Origin: Corallochytrium limacisporum Hawaii
Taxonomy: Eukaryota; Protista; Pluriformea
Assembly (NCBI GenBank): GCA_002811645.1
Contig: PDIP01000011.1
Coordinates: 66,435 to 130,434, forward strand
Reading direction: 5' to 3'
Length of the DNA: 64,000 bases
Every line of letters starts with the position of its first letter. Within the stretch, counting starts at the first letter, position 1. The notes beneath the pieces are model-generated. The model searched no databases and was not told where the DNA came from. It was given only the letters and a program-made list of their open reading frames with translations. Of the stretch, positions 32,102 to 44,780 are shown piece by piece. The position numbers and the translations under genes are program-made.

Positions 32102-34396
32102 TTAACGGCGGCTCCAGCGGAGCTTGCGCTGCATCACAACGACAAAGCTGAAGAAGGAAACGGTCAGCAGCAGCTGGACCAGAGCATAGACATAGTCCTC
32201 CTTATAGTCGGTGGCCTTCACGTAGTTGTTGAAGAACACAGTACCATTGGGGTACAGGCAAGACACAGTCTCGGGCAGAACATTCGTGGGGCATGTGTTT
32301 GCGCATGTAGGATCTGAGTCCGGGCACTCAGGCGCAAAGACCTGGTTGAGAACACCGAGGGCCTGAACCTGAGCGGCATTTGTGGTACCGTTCTCATAAC
32401 CACCAGGCTCGGGCCAGTTGAGACCAGAGTGGGCATTGACGGTGTTGTTGGCCACGTCCATGGCGCCGTTGAGGGCGGTAATGAAACCGAATTGGTAGGT
32501 GATAGTAGTGTTCAGCTGGGCAGCTGTTTCAGCAGCAAAGATAGAGTTGTTGCTGGCAACCACAAAGTTGGTCTGGTTGACCAAATCTGCAGTCTCGTCG
32601 TAGGAGAGGAAAGGATTGAAGGCCGCTCCCATTGCAGTGACCTCGGTTGTGGTCATGTTCAAGCCCTGTGCAACAAGAGCCTGGGTGCAAATAGTAATTT
32701 CCTCATCGGGGGTGCACTCGACGGTACGGTTGAAGAAGACAGCCTTCCACATGGGGATATTGTAGGAACGCATGAGAGAGAACCAGTACAGGAAATCAGT
32801 GCAGAAGGAACCACACTGGTCCTCCCACTGCTGATCCACGACAATGTAGGCACCGAACAGCAAGTTGAACAGGAAACCAACGGCAGACAGAGAAATAGCA
32901 CCGGGAACGGATGGAGAGACGTTGGCGTTGAACAAAGTGAAGGTGACAGCAGTTGCAACTTCAAGGATAGTAGCCCAGATCAGAGTACCCCAGGCGGTAC
33001 CGATGTCGGCCATACCCCAAGCGATGAAAGACAGGATAAGCTGGCAAGATACAACAGCGAGGTACTCAATCACCCAGAAGCTAGTCAGGTAGGCGAAGGG
33101 GTGGTAGAAACCGGCCATAACCTCCTGGTAGTACAGAGTACGGGAGTGAATCCAAAGGGGCACAGCAGGGGCAGCCAGCAGCAGTGGCAAGTTACCCATG
33201 GAGTAGACCATGAGATGGATGGTCTCAGCGTAGCGAGTACCGAACCCACGATCCCAGAATACAGCACCCAGGAAGAGACCCATAGTAATACCGAAGAAGA
33301 GACGGGCCAGACCCATGGTTGGCACACGAACATAGCGCTTAACCATACGCTCAGCCAGCTGAATCCACTGTGTGGCGAAGCTAGCATGAGTCACACCGAG
33401 AACTTCATTCCTCTTACCCAAGTGGCGAGGGAGGTTCTTCCAGTCACGGGCGTCGCTTCCGTGGATGTCGCACACCTTCTTGCGCAGCTCACGAGCGACG
33501 TCGCTCTTGCGCCACTGCTCTACAACACCAGTGGGCTGAGTGGCCAGGACGTCGAGGTAGGTCTCGGCAGGGTTGAAGCCAATCTTGTGGCCGGCAGCTT
33601 CAAAGTAGCGACGTGCACCCTCAACCTGACCGAAGAAGGCAAGGTCACCCTTACCGATCAGCTGCAGCTTATCAAAGGCTTGCACGATCTGGTAAGAAGG
33701 CTGGTGGATGGTCATGATGACAATCATGCCACGGCGCTTGGCCAGCTGGTTGATTTCCTCGACCAACTCGCGACCGGTGGTAGAGTCCAGACCGGTGGTG
33801 GGCTCATCCAAGAAGAACAAGGTGGGCTCTGTCAGCAGCTCAATGGCAACATTTAGACGCTTGCGCTCACCGGTGGACAGACCACGAACCAGCATGGAAC
33901 CGACCTTCTGGTCACGGCACTTCTCAATCTTCATAGTCTTGAGAACTTCATTAATCTTGGCCTCCCTCTGCTCGGCAGTGGTGTCCTTAGGGAGACGGAG
34001 ACGAGCAGCGAAGCACAGCGTCTCGTAGACGCTCATTTCGGGGACCTGAACATCGTCGGAAGTGACATAGCCAGTAATCTCGCGGTAGTGTTTGTCATCG
34101 AGGGGCACACCACCCATGCGAATATCATGCTGATAGCGACCCAGAGTCTTGCGCATAGTCAGAGTGTCAAGGAAGGAAGTCTTACCAGCACCGGAGGGAC
34201 CCATGATACAAAGAGACTCACCAGGGTTGAGGTATCCATAGCAGTCACGGATAACGGACTTCCAGCCGCCACTGACGCGGACCTCGGCAGCAATGCCAGC
34301 CCATGAGAACGTCTGGCTCTGAATAGTCTTGATCTGGATGGGAGAGCCCTTCTGCTCTTCCTCATACTTAGCGTCGGCCTTCTCGATATCCGTCAT
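32102..34396 (-). CDS. ABCG (White-type) half-transporter with a very large extracellular loop 3
   Basis: NBD-TMD order. Walker A GPSGAGKT, signature LSTGE, Walker B FFLDEPTTGLD, H-loop TIHQP, NPAE motif, 6 TMs. Confidence 0.93.
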   Translation of the reverse strand: MTDIEKADAKYEEEQKGSPIQIKTIQSQTFSWAGIAAEVRVSGGWKSVIRDCYGYLNPGESLCIMGPSGAGKTSFLDTLTMRKTLGRYQHDIRMGGVPLDDKHYREITGYVTSDDVQVPEMSVYETLCFAARLRLPKDTTAEQREAKINEVLKTMKIEKCRDQKVGSMLVRGLSTGERKRLNVAIELLTEPTLFFLDEPTTGLDSTTGRELVEEINQLAKRRGMIVIMTIHQPSYQIVQAFDKLQLIGKGDLAFFGQVEGARRYFEAAGHKIGFNPAETYLDVLATQPTGVVEQWRKSDVARELRKKVCDIHGSDARDWKNLPRHLGKRNEVLGVTHASFATQWIQLAERMVKRYVRVPTMGLARLFFGITMGLFLGAVFWDRGFGTRYAETIHLMVYSMGNLPLLLAAPAVPLWIHSRTLYYQEVMAGFYHPFAYLTSFWVIEYLAVVSCQLILSFIAWGMADIGTAWGTLIWATILEVATAVTFTLFNANVSPSVPGAISLSAVGFLFNLLFGAYIVVDQQWEDQCGSFCTDFLYWFSLMRSYNIPMWKAVFFNRTVECTPDEEITICTQALVAQGLNMTTTEVTAMGAAFNPFLSYDETADLVNQTNFVVASNNSIFAAETAAQLNTTITYQFGFITALNGAMDVANNTVNAHSGLNWPEPGGYENGTTNAAQVQALGVLNQVFAPECPDSDPTCANTCPTNVLPETVSCLYPNGTVFFNNYVKATDYKEDYVYALVQLLLTVSFFSFVVVMQRKLRWSRR

Positions 34397-35404
34397 GGTG
34401 ATTGTGATTTGTTGATGTGACTTTGTGTATTAACTTGCAGACATCAAAGACGGATGATCTTGCTAATGAAATACCAAACACATCTGACTTAATGTACTGC
34501 ACTAACCTTCAATAAAAACCTTTTGGTGTACAAGTGAGACAACTTTATTCCTCTTTTGCCAGCATTGGGGCACACTATAAAAAGTGTGTCAATTTCTTTT
34601 ACGCATTCAGAAAGGCCCGACCAGAGTGTATAGACTTGCTAGTCGTTTGTGTGTCTTCAACTGCTTGCTGCCCAACATTTTGTTTGCGTTTTGGCAAACG
34701 TTCTAGCCGGGGCATGCCAAAAGAAGAGTGACCACTTTTGCAAAAGAGGGGGGGGGAGGGGAGAGGGGGAAGACTCGGAAGCAAAACAAGTAGGGCTGAA
34801 AATGGGAGGGGGAGAAGGTTCCACTGCCCCATCCCCCTTCCCCCAATAGTGAGGGGGGAAGGGGGAAGGGGTAAGACGGGGCAAGGAGGAGTGTGAGTTG
34901 TGTGTAACGGTTCCGCCACCCTTTCCCCCTCTCGATGTGAACAAAGTTCTTACCTCTTGACTCTCCTACCGTTCTTCGCTTTCGCCCCCACTCTTTTTCC
35001 GACGCACGACCTTTTTTCTTTTTCATTTTATTTGTCGGTCCCGGGAGTCCCACACTCTACTTTATCCAACACGGAAAGTACCGAAACGAGAGATTGTGCA
35101 GTTTTGCCACTGGCTCGTTAGGTCTCTTACTAAGTCAGAAAAAAAGTGAGAGATTGAAACACACTGGACCGCTCCCCTTTGAGCAACCAGCGATGTGCTA
35201 CACTAAAGTTTTTTTAAGTGAATATTGTTTGGCCGTTCCCGTTGACTTTTTTTGGTTCTGCGGTGCAAATGAATAGGGAGAAAGCGACGGAGTCTCCCCC
35301 CCCCCACCTCCCCCGAGTTGAGCCACACTCCTCATAGTCAACACACCGCATTGACTCCTTTCCCCGTCCATCCGAACTCGTTTACGAGGGAGTTTGTGGC
35401 TTTC

Positions 35405-35586
35405 NNNNNNNNNNNNNNNNNNNNNNNNNNNNNNNNNNNNNNNNNNNNNNNNNNNNNNNNNNNNNNNNNNNNNNNNNNNNNNNNNNNNNNNNNNNNNNNN
35501 NNNNNNNNNNNNNNNNNNNNNNNNNNNNNNNNNNNNNNNNNNNNNNNNNNNNNNNNNNNNNNNNNNNNNNNNNNNNNNNNNNNNNN
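35405..35586. other. Assembly gap (N run) next to a poly-C tract
   Basis: Run of n characters. Confidence 0.99.
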
Positions 35587-36899
35587 CCCCCCCCCCTCCC
35601 CTACTTCCCTCCCCCTTTCTCCCCTGCCCCATCTCAGACTGCAACCTTCAAATCCTCGAGCGTTTCTGATCCCTAACATTTAATATAGGAAGCAGTCGGG
35701 CTCTGGCAGAAGGATCGCTCCACCAATTTCGACTCTGCAGCGCGGTGTGGCCCCCCCTCCCTGTCCCCTTCTGTCATACTCACAATTCACATACTTCCTT
35801 GGCGTTGTACACTTCGGACGAAACGTGCACTTAACACATATCCAGATAGGACTTCTCTCATTATAGGACATGTATGACTTTTTCTTTGTTAACGCAGTCT
35901 GCACGCTCCATGTCACAGCACTAACATGCCCATCACACCTCCGCCTTTGGTGAAGAATTGGACGAACGGGGTGATTGGGCATGGCAGTGTAGCAATATGT
36001 AGCAATTTGTGAGGGGGCGGGAGCCGACACACACCGGCGAGCATAGAGTCAAACGGAAGAGGAGATGTGCCAAAAGAACCCCAGGCCATTTTATTTCGAC
36101 TGATTAGTTCTTCACCCATTGCCTTTCTTTCTTTCTTTCTTGTGTCTGTTTGCCGCGGCTTCGCGAAAGAACACAAGGCACTGTACAGCTCTCCGAATGG
36201 AGAACTATTCGAATGACATGGACAAAACAAAAGAAAAGAACGGAGACGACTCAAGTACGAGACTTTGTTTGACACAATAAAAACCGACGCACATATTCAC
36301 GGTTTCAACACTGTAAAACCGCAGGTTGCGCGAAAGAGTATGTCACAAACTGGACGGTGGAAAAGGCAACATTTCATCGCCTGCGGGAGTCACAGAGAGA
36401 AGAGGGACAGAGCGAGAGAGTCCTAATTTCTTCAAACGTCGCAGAAGAGCCGCATTTTGTGAGTGGGAGAGAGACAGAAACAGGTGGCGCAGCAAGAACG
36501 CGCAACCGATGCAGGCGCCCCCTGCCGCCGCCGGTGCAGAGTGGTGTGCAAGCACAATGCGGAAGGCAGAACCAGTCAGTCCTGCTGCATCTTTTTAAGC
36601 GAGTGGGCGTGACTAATTTCTCCCGGCGTTCTTCCACTCAATAAACAATACACTGACGTCTGTAAGAATCGATCTTTGAAAGCGGGATTCTGCAGCGATC
36701 GTTCAACCCTGCCACCAAGCTCTACTTGCGCGAAAGGGGCGGGTTCATTTCCGCTTTGTTTAATTTCATCGTGTAGGCGCCAAAAAGCGATGAGATCTCC
36801 AGGAAACGATTTTCCCATCTCTCTTGTCGTTTCCCGTTCTTTGTCCGTTGTGTATTAGTAAACGAGTATCAATATAAAATGTATACTATGAATTCTTGA

Positions 36900-39800
36900 C
36901 AGTGCCGATTCATCTCACCGTCGTACTCGCGAACGAGGATGAGCAACATTACAATGATCCCGCTTCTTCCCCGACCAAAAAGTGCGCAGAGTGTCGGTTG
37001 TCCCCGACTGTGGGCAGTGGGCCATCCCTGGCCCTGTGTTTGTGTGGTTTGGCATTTATTTCGTCACAAGTGACGAAAGTATCAAATGCTTCCCGGCTGC
37101 ACACTGTCAATGATAAGCCCCGCAGGTCACCTTGCCTGTTGGACATTCAGTCCACATATTAAATATACTGCAGTAATTCAAGCACAATCTTTAAGTTATA
37201 CTGTTTTCATAAAGGATACATAAGTGTTCTTCAGCAATTACTGTTGAACCGAACAGTTGTCGGAAGGTCAGCGAGCCGGAGATCTCATAGAACTCATACT
37301 GAAAAGTATTGACGTCCCACTACAATGTCCAGACAGAAAGCCCTTGGGAATAGGTTTGTCTCGTATGGAGTCTGCGCGACTGTGGGGGTGACAGGGGCGA
37401 ACTTGCGGGGAGAATTGGGATTCTCTTGCCCTCGGTGGCGCTGAGGAACCACTACCAGTGCCTGATCTCCGCGCTGCAAGAACAGTTACCACCCTTCTCA
37501 CTTTGCTCCGTTTCCCGTCTACTTTGTTCCGTCTTTGTAAGCAGGGACTAATTGAGTCAGAAGCCCGACGATGAATACGTAAAACGAGGGACTGTGTGCG
37601 GTGTGATTGTTCTCTATCGTGTTCGCCAAGTTGGGCCATTTGTTAGGTATTTCTATGGATTTCTTTCCAGGGTTGGGGTTTTTCTGTTTCAGTTCCTCAG
37701 TCTATAAAAACTTCTTTATTGTTCTACGAATCGACTCGCACCACCGCTATCTAACCCTTACTCTGAAATTGTCGCGTATTTAAGCAGGGTAATGAAAGAG
37801 GATGATGCGAGCATAATTCGCGTGCTGGAAAGCAAGCAAACAGTAAGCGTACTATGCCTTCGTCGCGGTAATAGCCACCCGCACATGTGGACAATTTAAA
37901 AATTTGCCTACGCCCCCCAACTCTAGTGTGAGCATGCACTTAGCCAAGCCAAGTTAGAGTTCGTTCAGACATCCTTTTGTCCTCACGGATGTGTCCCCGA
38001 GATGATTTGTTGTCTTTATTGTCGCAATAACTCAATTCGTGGTACTCTTCACTGGGGTGGGGATTGCACGACTGCTCGCACGGGGTGTTAGTTTCCATGG
38101 TCAATAATCCGACTATACAAAATGTAGGCGCCGCGGAGAGATATGTTTCCTGTGTGGTTTTCTCAGACGGACGCGATTAATAACTAAGAGCAGGCCTGAA
38201 AGTTTGCTGGCGCATTCCGCTGCAGCAGATTTGAATCTGGTCCATTCAGAATGGTCTTTTGCCAAGTACGGTCACTATGCCTATAACAAATATATTACTA
38301 TTGGAGTTGTAATTTCTCACACTGTGTATTCAATGGAAAGATCCTTCACAGGCACACAGAGCAAATGCATTGGAGCTTTCACTGTAGATGGGTGTGTTTT
38401 CCGTAAAGCTTCCGCTTCCTTTTTGGCCGCTTGGACTCTCGACCAAGTGGTTAACCTGGGGAAAAATTTGGTAGTGCAGACAGAACAAATGGCCCACTCT
38501 TGCACTTTGCTCGTCCTTCCGTTGGCTGCTCTAAACCTCAATATGTCTCTCAAACAGAAGTTGTTTATGTTGTGTTCCTATTCCAAATCTGCATCCTTCC
38601 GGGATGGTGATTATACTCTGTTTCCTCTTTCTTCGGTTCCTGTGGTTGTGTTGGTAGGGGTGTTTTGTGCTTGGGTGGGTGAGTGGGTTTCGTAGAGATA
38701 CTTACTGCTGTGGCCAGTTGCACGGTTTCATTTCGTCGGCGGTAGAACATGTGCGCCATTGTTGTCTCCTTATGGATTATCAAAAGGCCTACCGCGGTAA
38801 TGAGAAGAGAGACTCGTGTGCGTTTACGGTGGTACCCAACAGAGCACCTGCAACAGAAAATCCAAATTTAAATGTTTCCACAAGTGAAAGCTAGCCACAG
38901 CTTGCTGAGCTCCAGTACTGTGCCCCAGTACACAGTGACGCGACCATAGGCTCAGTTCACCGAAGAATAAAGTGAAACAAATGACAATTTTGTAGGCTGT
39001 CTATTGTGCTATCTCAATGCACGTCGCACACAATTAGAACAATACCGAAGAATAGGGCGGGCTCAATGTTTACTCTCGTGCCATATGAAAGTCACCTCTC
39101 AGTTGGAAGATCGGTGATTGACGATTGACAGGGAGCAAGGGAGGGGTCCATGTGCCATCATCGGAGCATAAAAACTCCCACTCCCACTTACACACGCACA
39201 CTGACCCATCCTCTCGTTCTCGATTTTGTCGGTTCGGTGGAGCCAGTCAGTTTCCAAGGCGTTCCTATAGTGAAGGAACTGATAGAACATCGCGTTAAAT
39301 GTCACAAGCACAAGGAAAACGAAAGGATGAGGAGGGAGGAGTTTGTTTGAACTTCAAATGTCGGGGCCCAGTCTTTAAGAAATATGGAGGCATGCCCGCC
39401 CATTTCCCATCCCTTACTACAAAATTTTCCTTTGATGCCCTCGCTTCTTATGTGCGGGTATGAATGGACGTGTTTTCTTCTTCCTCCCTCCTGGCCCTAC
39501 TGCTTGTGTGATACTTTCGTCGTCTTCGTGGTGTGCTTGTGCTCAGTATCCGGTAGGTGAGACAGTTTGGGACGGCTTTCCGAACACACCCGACTACAAC
39601 AGCCGCCATACCATGTCCAGACTCTCTTTTTATGTATATGTTTAAACCGCAATTCTATTCCTACAGCAACAGCACCACCCCCACTTGGCTTTTTTCCGCT
39701 CCCTCCAAATGACCCGATGCGGTCACAAACTTGTGAGACCTAACCCATCTCCGTGTATTACGGTTTGGGGCGAACAGCGAATTTACCTAATAGACATATT

Positions 39801-41800
39801 GCACCTTTGCAGCACTTTCGGCCCAGCGGGAGTGGTCTCCTTGCAGCCATCTTTCAAAACTCTCACAGAGGTAAAGTTAGATGGGCATAGAGCTGAACTG
39901 TCTATAAAGTCGGGGCACACGGACATTGCCTGCACATCTATTCTTCAGCATGTGTTACCGAATCTTCTAGTTTCTACCATTGTGTTTCCTTCCCATTCTA
40001 GTAGGTGAAGAAGAAAAAGTTTGCAGTGAAGGTAACGATTCAGTTTGAGAATAAACGACGCCAGTTTGAAGGTGGCAGTTAGGGAGATCGGAAAGAGATT
40101 CTAGATATGGCCTACGTAGCCAATCTGCGATATACTTGCCCTCTTCAGATAACGACGCACAGGGTCGAAGACTCACGCAATACAGAAACGTTTCCGACTC
40201 AAAGCCTCACTGGAGACTGGCTTCAGGATATTTCGATCGAAGGTTAGAAATGTGTGCGCATTCACTCTCCTGTGTATGCTGGAAACACTGACAATCTGTC
40301 TCAGTGGCTAGCGAAAGGAATTTCTTCAAGTTTTTTCTTTGAAAGAGGAACGGAGATGACAACGAACATATGGCTGCGTTCCTATGGAACTAGCGTCAAT
40401 CTTGAGAGACGTCGGGCACCCCGCACAAATTTGAATCTAACTGGAAAGTCTCTAACATTTTTTTTTTGCAATCTAGTCGTATTTTCGTCTATCTTTTGTA
40501 GAAACGAATCCGGAAAAACTCACTCTGTTTTCATTCCTCATTTCTTCGACCAAAAATACTTCCTATGCCGGCCTCACTTTCACTTTTTCAGGTTCTCATC
40601 TACTACTTGCCCTAGAAGTAAGAGAAGCTGTTGCGGCCTGTAACAGGTTTCCTCGAAAAGCTGAGAGAGGCAGTTTTCATCACAACCCAAGTCTGTATTC
40701 TACAGTGCTACATTCGGTCCATAGGTCAATGAATATAGAACTCTTGGTTTATCAACTTCGTCCCATCTGCGTGTCGCCACTGCTGCGGGGGCTGAAACAG
40801 ACGATGGCTTCACAACTCGCTCAATTTCGTTCTAGTCGTAACACTGATCATCTACACACCCATGATCATCACTATCTCTGTGGAAATCAGTAACACCCAT
40901 CCCTTGTTTGCCGCATTTGTGCCCGAAATCTGCTCTTCCTAGCAGCCCGGGTGAGAGCAGTAGGGCGAAGAAGTCCAGTACCGCAACGCTGGTTCTTTTT
41001 TCGTGCTTTATCCTCCTCCTTCCGATGGCAATGAACAGGGGTTCCTTCCGGCATTCTCCCACTTGACCAACTTCGGACAAAGCTTTGTCGAGCACTATAC
41101 ACACCTATGACTCAAGTCCGACAGTATCAGAACAGCGTGGATGCCCTCGCACATGTACACAACATCCAAATAGCGTTGCGTTTCCGGATAAGCGAACAGA
41201 ATCGGGACCTGAGGGATGCTAGTGGTAGTGGGTGGATCAAAGTTGCCCTATGTGTTACGCACACGCGCGTGGTGTTGCTCAACGCCAGATTGATCCTGCG
41301 GATCAAAGACATGCAGTCTCCTTAAAAGTGTCCCACTGATCCCGTCCAAAGCCCCACCCAAACCGTTTTGCGCTTTGATTCCGTGTTTGGAGGATTGCTG
41401 TGGTGATGATGAACGATGTCGATGTGGATGCCCAGAATGAACACGGTTGTGTTCCGATCTGATGAACGTCCACTCCTTTCTTGGGTTGGTTCTGCCTTTT
41501 GAGCACCTTGTCCAGTGTTCTTGCTTGGATGTTTGGGCCACTATACCTTCCCCAATCGACTTCAACATCTACTGACTTCCCGTTTGGAAATCGCAGTTGT
41601 TTTTTTATACTTTCGAATTCGTAATTCGCAAATTGTGGTTGTGCTGCCTCAATGTCCACCCGATAGAGTCATTTCGTTGGATTCAATATACCCGCTCTTT
41701 GATAGCTTCATGAAGATTACAGATACTGTGCACAATGATCGCTCAATCCTGTTAGTATAGATTACTCAATACGTGTTTCTGTGGTATTTACTTCCGAAAC
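36900..41800 (-). pseudogene. Tract of decayed coding-like sequence or spliced non-coding transcription units; family not recognised
   Basis: High-complexity sequence without the local homopolymers. Protein-like minus-strand frames are broken by stops. Strong minus-strand splice signals at 41791-41749 (GTAAAT...TACTAACAG) and 38705-38640 (GTAAGT...CACAG). Confidence 0.3.
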
Positions 41801-42865
41801 CGATATACGTTTGGTGCACAACTTTCTGAATAAATTGACGGCGATATCTCATACGGAAATTAGCCGTGGATAAAGCACCGCGGCCCGTTTGTGTGTGTAC
41901 ATGTACTCACGATCTTCTTCCCGGCCGCATAGGCTCTCCACTACTGATTGCGCAGTACGTGTGTAATGCAAAACCTCATGCATTGACCTGAGCAAGCAGG
42001 AGGCACCACCAATGAATTTTTTTTCTTGCCACAAGAATGCATGATGCATCCCGAACGGTGAAGCTGTGAAAACTTGGCGAGTCATTTAGTTTGCTTCAAT
42101 CCAGTGAGTGGCGAACTTCCTAGGCGTCAACAGAACGGCCACTGTCGGAGCTTTGACCTTTTGCGATCCATGCGCCGCTGCTGAAGAAGCCGTGCCGGTC
42201 GGCGTGGTATTCTTTATCGAAGAAAACAATCAGTGCGCAGAAAACTGGCTTGAGCCCCATGGTAAACCGAGTTACGAGGGAAGGCGAGAAGACGGCTGCT
42301 GAAAGACGATGAGTCACGCCTGCTCGGGAAAGACACTGCCAACCGATCCCAAGGACCGAAAGGTGGCTGTTCGAACTTTGGCACGGTAAGGTGCGGTATC
42401 CCAGGAAAAACGTTGGAAAGAGCAGACAGCAAAAAGACCAAAAGAAGACTGCTGCGCGTCCCGCGTCGCAAGAATCTCTCTGGCACTGTTCGCGGATCTG
42501 GATCTGTCCATCTCCCTGGCCCTTTCTCTGGATCTGCAGTGTTGTGTCTAGTCCTTGTCTGTCACCAACTGTGCAGTCTCTATGTGTGAACAATGGGTGT
42601 GACTGGTCTACGAAGCGTGTGGTGCTAGTTTCGATGTCCCGGGAACAGTGACCGGCAGAAAGACCCTGGGTGTGAAGAGTAGGTGCAGGGGTGTGTGGCA
42701 CACCAAGGATTGTATGGGCAAGGCACCGGAAGGGCGCAGCATGCCTAACACACCTAGTCATACTGAACATACCGACAACCTACACAATTTGCACACACCT
42801 TCACGCTGCGACGTGGGCTTTTGCTTGTGCTCCGTTGGTTCATGCTGCGCGACCATACCCGATCT

Positions 42866-42868
<3 letters not shown>

Positions 42869-42956
<88 letters not shown>
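42869..42956. repeat. (CA)n microsatellite, about 44 units with one interruption
   Basis: Direct reading. Confidence 0.98.
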
Positions 42957-42957
<1 letters not shown>

Positions 42958-43665
42958 CATGCCGGCACATGGTGGACGATCTGTATTCATCGGTGCCGTT
43001 GTCTACTTTCCATGTCCAATCCATCCACCTAGTGACAATGGAAATGCGGGAGTACTTCGACTTTGGTGGTACGAGTTGGTTGGCAGTGATGGTTCATGTT
43101 TGGTTTCTTTCAGCCAGGGAAGCATATGATCGCGTGGCCGGGGAACCGAGCACCCTTCGACTTCTCCCTCAAGGGAGACACGCATACCGCCTTTGTTGCA
43201 TGTCAGCAAAGTATCACTCACGACGTGTTCTGCAGCCCATTTTCAATGCAAAATCTATGCTTCTTCTGGGCATGACCTGCATACTTCACTGGCACTCCGC
43301 ATCTGTCACCCTTTCTTCTCGTCTGTCCGTCTCCAACGCACGACACCAGGCTCATTCCCACCTCTGCATAGATGGCAGAACTGAACACGGGAGGGTGTGC
43401 AGTAGCCCTACGTTTAGTACCCAATCTCCCCATCGATGATTTTGTGTGTCCCTGCTGCGTTTGAAACTTGCGTGTTCGTTTTCGATCGCCCTCTGTCCCT
43501 CCCTCTCCCTCTCTCTCTCTCTCGCTCTCTCGCTCTCTGTGCGATGGCCCACACCCCTCCCCCCCCCACGGCACCTTCCCCGGGGGACCCCAAATTGCAC
43601 GCCCCGCGTGGCCATCTCTCACGTTTGGGCCTAGACAACCAAAGCAGCGAAGCGAGCGAGAGCGC

Positions 43666-43696
<31 letters not shown>

Positions 43697-44149
43697 CGCG
43701 CGTGTGTGTTTTTATGTGTGACTGACCAAAGAGACAGAAGACAGAGAGAGCGAAAAATGCCGGCGTGCTTATTTTTTGAGCCCGGTGCAACTTGTCCCTC
43801 GGTGTCTATTTTCTGAAAAAAATTGTTTGGCCGTGAATTCTTTCATTTTTCATTGTGGCTGATGTGACGGAGAGAGAGGATAAATTGGGCTGATGAGAAA
43901 AACGGTTCGTGAACGGAGAGTTTTTTCTTTTCTTTCTTTCGTTTTTTATATGTTTGGAGGGAGTGTTGTGACAGAAAATATCACGCTGTGTTTTTATGCC
44001 ATAGTTCTTATGCTGTGTGCAGTGGTGCGTGTGTTTTTCCCCCGCGGGGGGAGGGACGCAGAGAGAGAGAGACAGAGACAGAGAATAGAGAGGACACGCC
44101 CCTTTCAGTTTTCCCTGGTATGGTCACGCTTTCGGGCCAATCGATACCA

Positions 44150-44674
44150 TACTGGCGACTCTGCCACGGTTGGACCCCACTTTACTGACGACTCTGCCAC
44201 GGTGGTGGTGGACCACCAGCTCACCCTACTGGCGACTCTGCCCGTCCATCACCACCGGCTAACAGACTCAACCCACCCCCCTCTCCCGGTGGGGGAGGGG
44301 GGCACCGGGCTTTTACTGGCGACTCTGCTCGTGATTTGGCCCCACACCTGGCGACTCTGCCGTTCGAAGGAATTGGGTAGAAACTCAGTGGGAAGAAGAA
44401 GAAAAAAGTTGTTGTTCCATCTACTAGTCTTTTGGCTTTTCTTTGTCCCTGCCCAACACCTCCCTCCCCCATCTCTGCCTCTCTCACTCTCTCTCTCTCT
44501 CCGGCCGGTTAATTTGCATTACCGCAAAGGAAGAGAGGAGGGGGGGGGGGGTGGAGCACGCGCCCGCCGAGCATGTCGACTCTGCTGCCCTCCCCTCCCT
44601 CCCCCCCCCCGGGGAAAATAAGGAAGAAAAATGAAGAAAGGAAGGGTTGGATGACCCATACTTGCGACTCTGCC
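44150..44674 (+). promoter_or_regulatory. Same-orientation cluster of the 16-bp motif TACTGGCGACTCTGCC (6-7 copies)
   Basis: Copies at 44150, 44183, 44227, 44314, 44346 and 44659, plus a degenerate copy at ~44573. The repeat is certain; the regulatory role is inferred. Confidence 0.55.
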
Positions 44675-44780
44675 GTTATCGGCGTTTTCGGGAGTGCGGG
44701 AAAAAATGGGGAGAAAAAACCTTGGACGAACGCGGGCAAACGTGGCATCCCCGTCTGCAGCAGCAGCAGCAGCAGAAGCA

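Noticed and set aside
32429-33856. 475-aa plus-strand ORF, and similar ones at 3019-4023, 4452-5165, 47494-48216 and 53979-54698
   Set aside because: These are antisense shadows of codon-biased real genes and have no independent motifs.
42648-43439. 263-aa ORF with an HTHTHT tract (metal-binding protein?)
   Set aside because: The tract is the translated (CA)n microsatellite and the flanks are not protein-like.
44150-44361. CRISPR array
   Set aside because: The repeat is only 16 bp, spacer lengths vary widely (16-71 nt) and are partly related, the context is eukaryotic and there are no cas genes.
43893-44621. 242-aa ORF covering the 16-bp motif array
   Set aside because: The motif copies fall in different frames and the rest is translated simple sequence.
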